Assembly: GCA_035417885.1 (NCBI GenBank)
Contig: DAOLQA010000003.1
Location: forward strand, 1 to 30,591
DNA length: 30,591 nucleotides
Reading direction: 5' to 3'
From: a bacterium
GTDB taxonomy: Bacteria; Patescibacteriota; Patescibacteriia; JAGPKW01
In this document: positions 26,840 through 30,591 of the stretch, in pieces
Position numbering within the stretch: position 1 is the first letter of the stretch
Layout: every line of letters starts with the position of its first letter
Notes under the pieces: model-generated
Databases searched by the model: none
What the model saw: only the letters and a program-made list of their open reading frames with translations
Told to the model about the DNA's origin: nothing
Translations under genes and position numbers: made by a program

Positions 26840-28406
26840 TCATATATGCCTCACCATTCGTAAAAAATGCATCTCCTGCAAAATTTTTACCAAGTGTTGG
26901 GGGAACAAATAATTGTTTATTATATTTTTTTATTAATCCTGTTTGATTTAAATCATTAAATAAAAAATCTCTTTCAGTATCTATGTCTGGTGCTATTGTA
27001 TGTGTTATGCCCCATTTTATACCAATGTCTAAACTTGCTGTACCTAAATAGACTTTTTTACCATCTATTAATATATTAGTTTCCCAGAATCTAGCATGAT
27101 GCCTTTTCCTCGAAGTATTTTCTATTGTTGCTTTTTCAAAACCAAAATTATGAACCTGAGTATTCCAAAAAGATGGCGTCATAGGAGCTGATGAATCTTG
27201 TTTGTTTTTTATTGCTGCAATAATAACATTAATTACTGATTGTAATGTTGGTTTTTGAGCTAATTCCCAACCAGCTTTGTTAAATAAATTTATTAAATCA
27301 GTATCACTATTCGCAATAATTATAAAAGAAATTGGTTCTTCTACCTGGCCAGATAATTGTTCAGAATATTTAGATATTTTATTACTATCAAATTGTTTAT
27401 TTATATCAGAATTTACATACTGCATATTAATATTTTTTGAAAAAGATACTTTTAATGGATTTATTTTTTGTTTAAACAATAATGTAAAAGATACCAACAA
27501 TAGAATAAATGCTAATACAAATAGATAAAAATTTTTTAAATTTTTATTTTTATTATTTTTTATAAAGAATAATTCAGAAATACATATTGAAGACAATAAG
27601 CTAATTAAACCAAGCAAAAATCCACCTAACACATCGGTCAGATAATGAGCACCTAAATAAAGTCTGCTAAAACCTACAAGAATAGAAATTATAATAAAAG
27701 CAATAATATATAAAATCTTATTTCTGTTTTTCTTAGAATTTTTTACAAGAAAATAACAAATAAACCCAAAAAATGCTACAACTATTGTTGCATGGCCACT
27801 TGGAAATGAGGCACTGGATTCAGCATAAAAACTTATGCTTGGTCTTGGCCTGTTGAATATAATTTTTAATAAAGAATCTAGTATAGAAGCGCTACCTATT
27901 GAAATAAAAAATGGAAATATATATTCTTTATTTTTAGAAATATATAAAAATATAGAAAATAATGCAGCCCCTGCTAATATCATTTTTGAATCTGCAATGT
28001 TTGTTATAAAAGTAAATATATTTATTAAGTGTTGATCTCTAAAAAATAAAAATAAATTGTTCAATCTAAGATCATATTGAAATACTAGTTCCTGATTAAT
28101 ATACCCCTCGCCGATAGAAATAAACCATATAATACATATAAGTATTGTGAATAAAAAGATTGTCAATTTTAATCCATATTTACTATTTTTATCAAACCTG
28201 TCATTTAGAAACTTTTTGAATCTGGGATGATTATCAAAAAATGCTTTTATAATTTTATTACTACTTATTGTTTTTAATATAGATTTAAAAACATCAATTA
28301 AAAGATTATATAACCAAAGTAAAAATTGTTTTATTGATTTTCTAAAAATAATAATAAGTGCAAGTAGAATTAATAAAATTGATGGAATAAGAATAAACAA
28401 GTTCAT
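26829..28406 (-). CDS. PAP2 lipid phosphatase fused to an LssY C-terminal domain
   Basis: KIIFNRPRP, SFPSGH, SRLYLGAHYLTDV; C-terminal EPISFII..GW..SAPMTPSFW..FEK..RHHARFW..LGTAS.D.G..H.I.PDID.ERD. Confidence 0.9.
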   Translation of the reverse strand: MNLFILIPSILLILLALIIIFRKSIKQFLLWLYNLLIDVFKSILKTISSNKIIKAFFDNHPRFKKFLNDRFDKNSKYGLKLTIFLFTILICIIWFISIGEGYINQELVFQYDLRLNNLFLFFRDQHLINIFTFITNIADSKMILAGAALFSIFLYISKNKEYIFPFFISIGSASILDSLLKIIFNRPRPSISFYAESSASFPSGHATIVVAFFGFICYFLVKNSKKNRNKILYIIAFIIISILVGFSRLYLGAHYLTDVLGGFLLGLISLLSSICISELFFIKNNKNKNLKNFYLFVLAFILLLVSFTLLFKQKINPLKVSFSKNINMQYVNSDINKQFDSNKISKYSEQLSGQVEEPISFIIIANSDTDLINLFNKAGWELAQKPTLQSVINVIIAAIKNKQDSSAPMTPSFWNTQVHNFGFEKATIENTSRKRHHARFWETNILIDGKKVYLGTASLDIGIKWGITHTIAPDIDTERDFLFNDLNQTGLIKKYNKQLFVPPTLGKNFAGDAFFTNGEAYMIEL

Positions 28407-28515
28407 AACTACATTATTAATTATTTAGTATGAAAATTATATCATAGAATAAAAATTTTTATAATAAACTTTACATATTTACTATAGTATGTTATCTATA
28501 ATATTAAATCTTAAA

Positions 28516-28541
28516 TGTTTATTGCTATATAGCAATAAACA
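28516..28541. repeat. Perfect 26-bp palindrome abutting an SD
   Basis: TGTTTATTGCTATATAGCAATAAACA equals its own reverse complement; AAGGAG follows at 28542-28547. Confidence 0.85.
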
Positions 28542-28552
28542 AAGGAGAAAAA

Positions 28553-28813
28553 ATGAACTCGGAAAAACTAGATGAGAAAATTTTATCATTGCTTGTTTAC
28601 TTAGTGTTAAGCGTTTCCTGCATTGTGCTTTTTGCAGTTGGATTTACTAACATCGGAGGCAGTAGAATGTTCATATTCATACTTGGATGTATGAATATGA
28701 TAACTGCTGTATCTTCAGAAACTACAGCAATATATAACAAGGAAAAGTGGATGCATATTACAACTGCATTATGGACTATAGTTGCTATATTACAGTTCTT
28801 AAGACTGGTATAG
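28553..28813 (+). CDS. Small hypothetical membrane protein (about 3 TM)
   Basis: 86 aa, three hydrophobic segments, AAGGAG SD 5 nt upstream, terminator downstream. Confidence 0.75.
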   Translation: MNSEKLDEKILSLLVYLVLSVSCIVLFAVGFTNIGGSRMFIFILGCMNMITAVSSETTAIYNKEKWMHITTALWTIVAILQFLRLV

Positions 28814-28819
28814 AAAAAT

Positions 28820-28849
28820 AAGCTCCTCGCAAAAAATTGCTTGGAGCTT
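28820..28849 (+). terminator. Intrinsic terminator
   Basis: AAGCTCC..GCAA-AAAA-TTGC..GGAGCTT followed by TTTATTTATTT. Confidence 0.75.
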
Positions 28850-28902
28850 TTTATTTATTTTAAAACCTTGCAAAAAATATAAAAATGTGCTGAAATAATC
28901 AT

Positions 28903-28968
28903 GGTTTAATAAACCTCCCAATCCCCGGGTTAGGGGAAAAATTCAATGGGCAATGTAGCCCAAAGGAG
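28903..28968 (+). promoter_or_regulatory. GC-rich structured 5' leader (candidate cis-regulatory RNA)
   Basis: Hairpins GGTTT/AAACC, TCCCC/GGGGA and TGGGC/GCCCA; CTCC at 28915-28918 is complementary to the GGAG SD at 28965-28968. Confidence 0.45.
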
Positions 28969-28974
28969 ATCATT

Positions 28975-29868
28975 ATGGATAAGCAAGCATTCGCTGCAAG
29001 TCGCTGGACGATGGGAGAGTTAAACGCCCTCCTAAAAAACATTGGTGAAGAAAATGCAAAAAAGATTCAAAGAGGAGAAATCTTCCAAATCTTTTTTGAA
29101 AACAACAACACAACAGAGCTTTTTGATACAACAGGAAGAAGAATTACAAAAAATTTGTTATCCCAAACAACAAATACAGAAAGACATTTCTGCCTATCTA
29201 ATCCTGCTGTTAAAAACATAGAAGATTATGAATACAGGCTTTCATTAGCAAACATCAAAGATCCATGCGTGACACCAGAATGGTTCAAGCATGAAACAGA
29301 AAGACAAATAGCTATGATAGCCAAAGATGATAGTATTAATAATATTTTAAAAAATATATATCTACCAATCGTTTGCAAAATAGATAGTGATAATATAGAT
29401 AACATAGTAAGAAATGGACTTGAAGCTGTTGCAAAACAATATACAGATTTGTTTAAAAACAGAATTTTCTGCAATTATATAAAAAATTGTAAAGAAAATA
29501 AGATTACAATTGCCCCTGATAGTAGACATTTTGAATTTCTGGGCAAAGCAAAACAAAAGTATATTGTTGCTATTCTCTTTCCGAGAGCATTGCAGGGATT
29601 TTCTGTTAATGCTAGTAGAGAGCAACTTCTAGACCTTACATATAGATTTTCTCTCTCTGGGGCAGAAATAATCAACGCAATAATAATGTATCCAGACATA
29701 CTTTTATCTAATTGGTATGCTACTGGATTAACATTTGCAGGCATCAATTATAAAAATGACAGATTCTCATTAAGTATAAAAGCTTATGAGAATATGGCTG
29801 GTATTGATGCTGTAAGCAATGTTAGCGCTTATAATATTTATTCTCCTGCACTAACTTTTAGTGCATAG
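28975..29868 (+). CDS. Hypothetical cytoplasmic protein
   Basis: 297-aa ORF with AAGGAG SD and a terminator; no functional motif recognised. Confidence 0.85.
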   Translation: MDKQAFAASRWTMGELNALLKNIGEENAKKIQRGEIFQIFFENNNTTELFDTTGRRITKNLLSQTTNTERHFCLSNPAVKNIEDYEYRLSLANIKDPCVTPEWFKHETERQIAMIAKDDSINNILKNIYLPIVCKIDSDNIDNIVRNGLEAVAKQYTDLFKNRIFCNYIKNCKENKITIAPDSRHFEFLGKAKQKYIVAILFPRALQGFSVNASREQLLDLTYRFSLSGAEIINAIIMYPDILLSNWYATGLTFAGINYKNDRFSLSIKAYENMAGIDAVSNVSAYNIYSPALTFSA

Positions 29869-29874
29869 AGAATA

Positions 29875-29908
29875 AATAAGGTGCAGTAAATCAATACTGC
29901 ACCTTATT
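29875..29908. terminator. Bidirectional terminator between convergent genes
   Basis: AATAAGGTGCAGTA-6 nt-TACTGCACCTTATT perfect 14-bp inverted repeat. Confidence 0.85.
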
Positions 29909-29917
29909 ATTTTTATT

Positions 29918-30472
29918 TTATTTTTTATCTTCTACTAATTTAGAGTTTTCTAGCATAACATATTTAGAAATACCAACACTTGGAGCTGTTGTAAATGGTT
30001 CATCTGGCTTTCTATCAGCATAATTAACAACTATCTCATTATTAGCATAGTTAATTGTTTGAGGAGCTATTCTATCACCTATAAAAATTGCATTTGTCCC
30101 AGTATAGCCATTCCCAGTATTAATAGCAGCAACTAAATAGTAAAAAACACCTGATCCTTCTGAGTTATCTGTAATTAAAAATGCAACATCTTCTAAACCA
30201 TCATTGTTTAAATCTTGTCTTAAATCATTCCCAAAATATTGAATTTTAGATCCATCAATTTTTACTTCTTGATCATCTATATAATAAGAGATTGATTTAA
30301 AATCAACATTATTTAAATTATTAATGTTATTTGAATTGCTAGCATTATTTGTGCTATCAACATTGCTAACATTGTTAACTATGTTATTATTTTGTTTGGT
30401 TGTTGCAAGAACAATCACTACAACTAATAAAACTACTATTGAAACTGCAATTATTATACTTTTTTTATTCAT
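29918..30472 (-). CDS. Membrane-anchored extracellular protein with a DxDxDG-like motif
   Basis: N-terminal TM, Asn-rich linker, QDLNNDGLEDVAF, GSGVFYY, IGDRIAPQ. Confidence 0.8.
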   Translation of the reverse strand: MNKKSIIIAVSIVVLLVVVIVLATTKQNNNIVNNVSNVDSTNNASNSNNINNLNNVDFKSISYYIDDQEVKIDGSKIQYFGNDLRQDLNNDGLEDVAFLITDNSEGSGVFYYLVAAINTGNGYTGTNAIFIGDRIAPQTINYANNEIVVNYADRKPDEPFTTAPSVGISKYVMLENSKLVEDKK

Positions 30473-30487
30473 TATATTATTATTAAA

Positions 30488-30591
30488 TTATATATTTGCA
30501 TCATTTATTCTTTTTTTAAAATACTCTTGCAAATTTTTATCTAGGCAAAATATATAGCATCCTCTCATTCCCCTTGTCATTAATGTTCTAT
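30488..30591 (-). CDS. C-terminal end of a DUF2075 (Schlafen group 3-like helicase) protein; 5' part outside the window; not in the ORF track
   Basis: Manual translation RTLMTRGMRGCYIFCLDKNLQEYFKKRINDANI*; YRxLxTRGxxGCYI is the DUF2075 C-terminal signature as I recall it. Confidence 0.7.
   Translation of the reverse strand, partial: RTLMTRGMRGCYIFCLDKNLQEYFKKRINDANI

Noticed and set aside
28885-28940. Loose resemblance of GCTGAAA...AACCT...TAGGGGA to a TPP riboswitch
   Set aside because: Lacks the CUGAGA and GAACCUGAU core elements and there is no thiamine-related gene downstream
2265-30557. Remaining short ORFs in the track overlapping long genes (e.g. 2265, 4060, 6358, 6828, 7520, 7979, 10231, 12383, 12732, 14898, 18056, 19886, 20641, 21033, 23298, 25171, 25663, 26257, 27277, 27835, 29226, 29362, 29475, 30324)
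   Set aside because: They lie opposite well-supported CDSs and have the F/L/I/S-rich composition expected from antisense reading of AT-rich genes
1-30591. Alternative genetic code 25 (TGA=Gly) as in Gracilibacteria/Absconditabacteria
   Set aside because: Conserved genes are full length under code 11 and TGA ends genes at ATGA overlaps (15088, 17356)
1-30591. tRNA, rRNA, CRISPR array, IS/integrase, inteins in gyrA
   Set aside because: No cloverleaf-like GC-rich segment, spaced direct repeats, transposase or recombinase motifs seen by eye; GyrA has normal length

Overview
AT-rich bacterial chromosome segment, standard code 11 (TGA is used as a stop, e.g. at 15088 and 17356). Most likely Patescibacteria/CPR (Parcubacteria-like), inferred from a VirB2/TrbC-like pilin, DUF5666-like proteins, a four-domain S1, a short YidC and mostly SD-less genes. 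1-13893 is mainly housekeeping: a partial FAD oxidoreductase, a Cys-rich pilin, a Cys-rich anchored protein, Thermotoga-type RNase Z, nfo, rpsR-ssb-rpsF, rpsA, a His-less MBL-fold protein, gyrA, rpmH-rnpA-yidD-yidC and an acyltransferase-3. 13841-28406 is a minus-strand cell-envelope block. It holds an operon (putative anti-sigma, DUF5666-like, a 667-aa adaptor, MacB/YknYZ-type ATPase and permease, DUF5666-like, ECF sigma, HI0933 flavoprotein), a two-gene unit encoding an MliC-type lysozyme inhibitor and a Kazal protease inhibitor, a heterodimeric multidrug ABC exporter and a PAP2-LssY protein. The right end has two plus-strand orphan genes with SD sites and structured leaders, a secreted protein and the C-terminus of a DUF2075 helicase. 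Three real CDSs are missing from the ORF track (1-1208, rpmH 11051-11215, 30488-30591). I saw no tRNA, rRNA, CRISPR or IS. The best candidate for an undescribed system is an ECF-controlled envelope-defence regulon combining hydrolase inhibitors with a TolC-less exporter. All family assignments come from motif recognition, not database searches.
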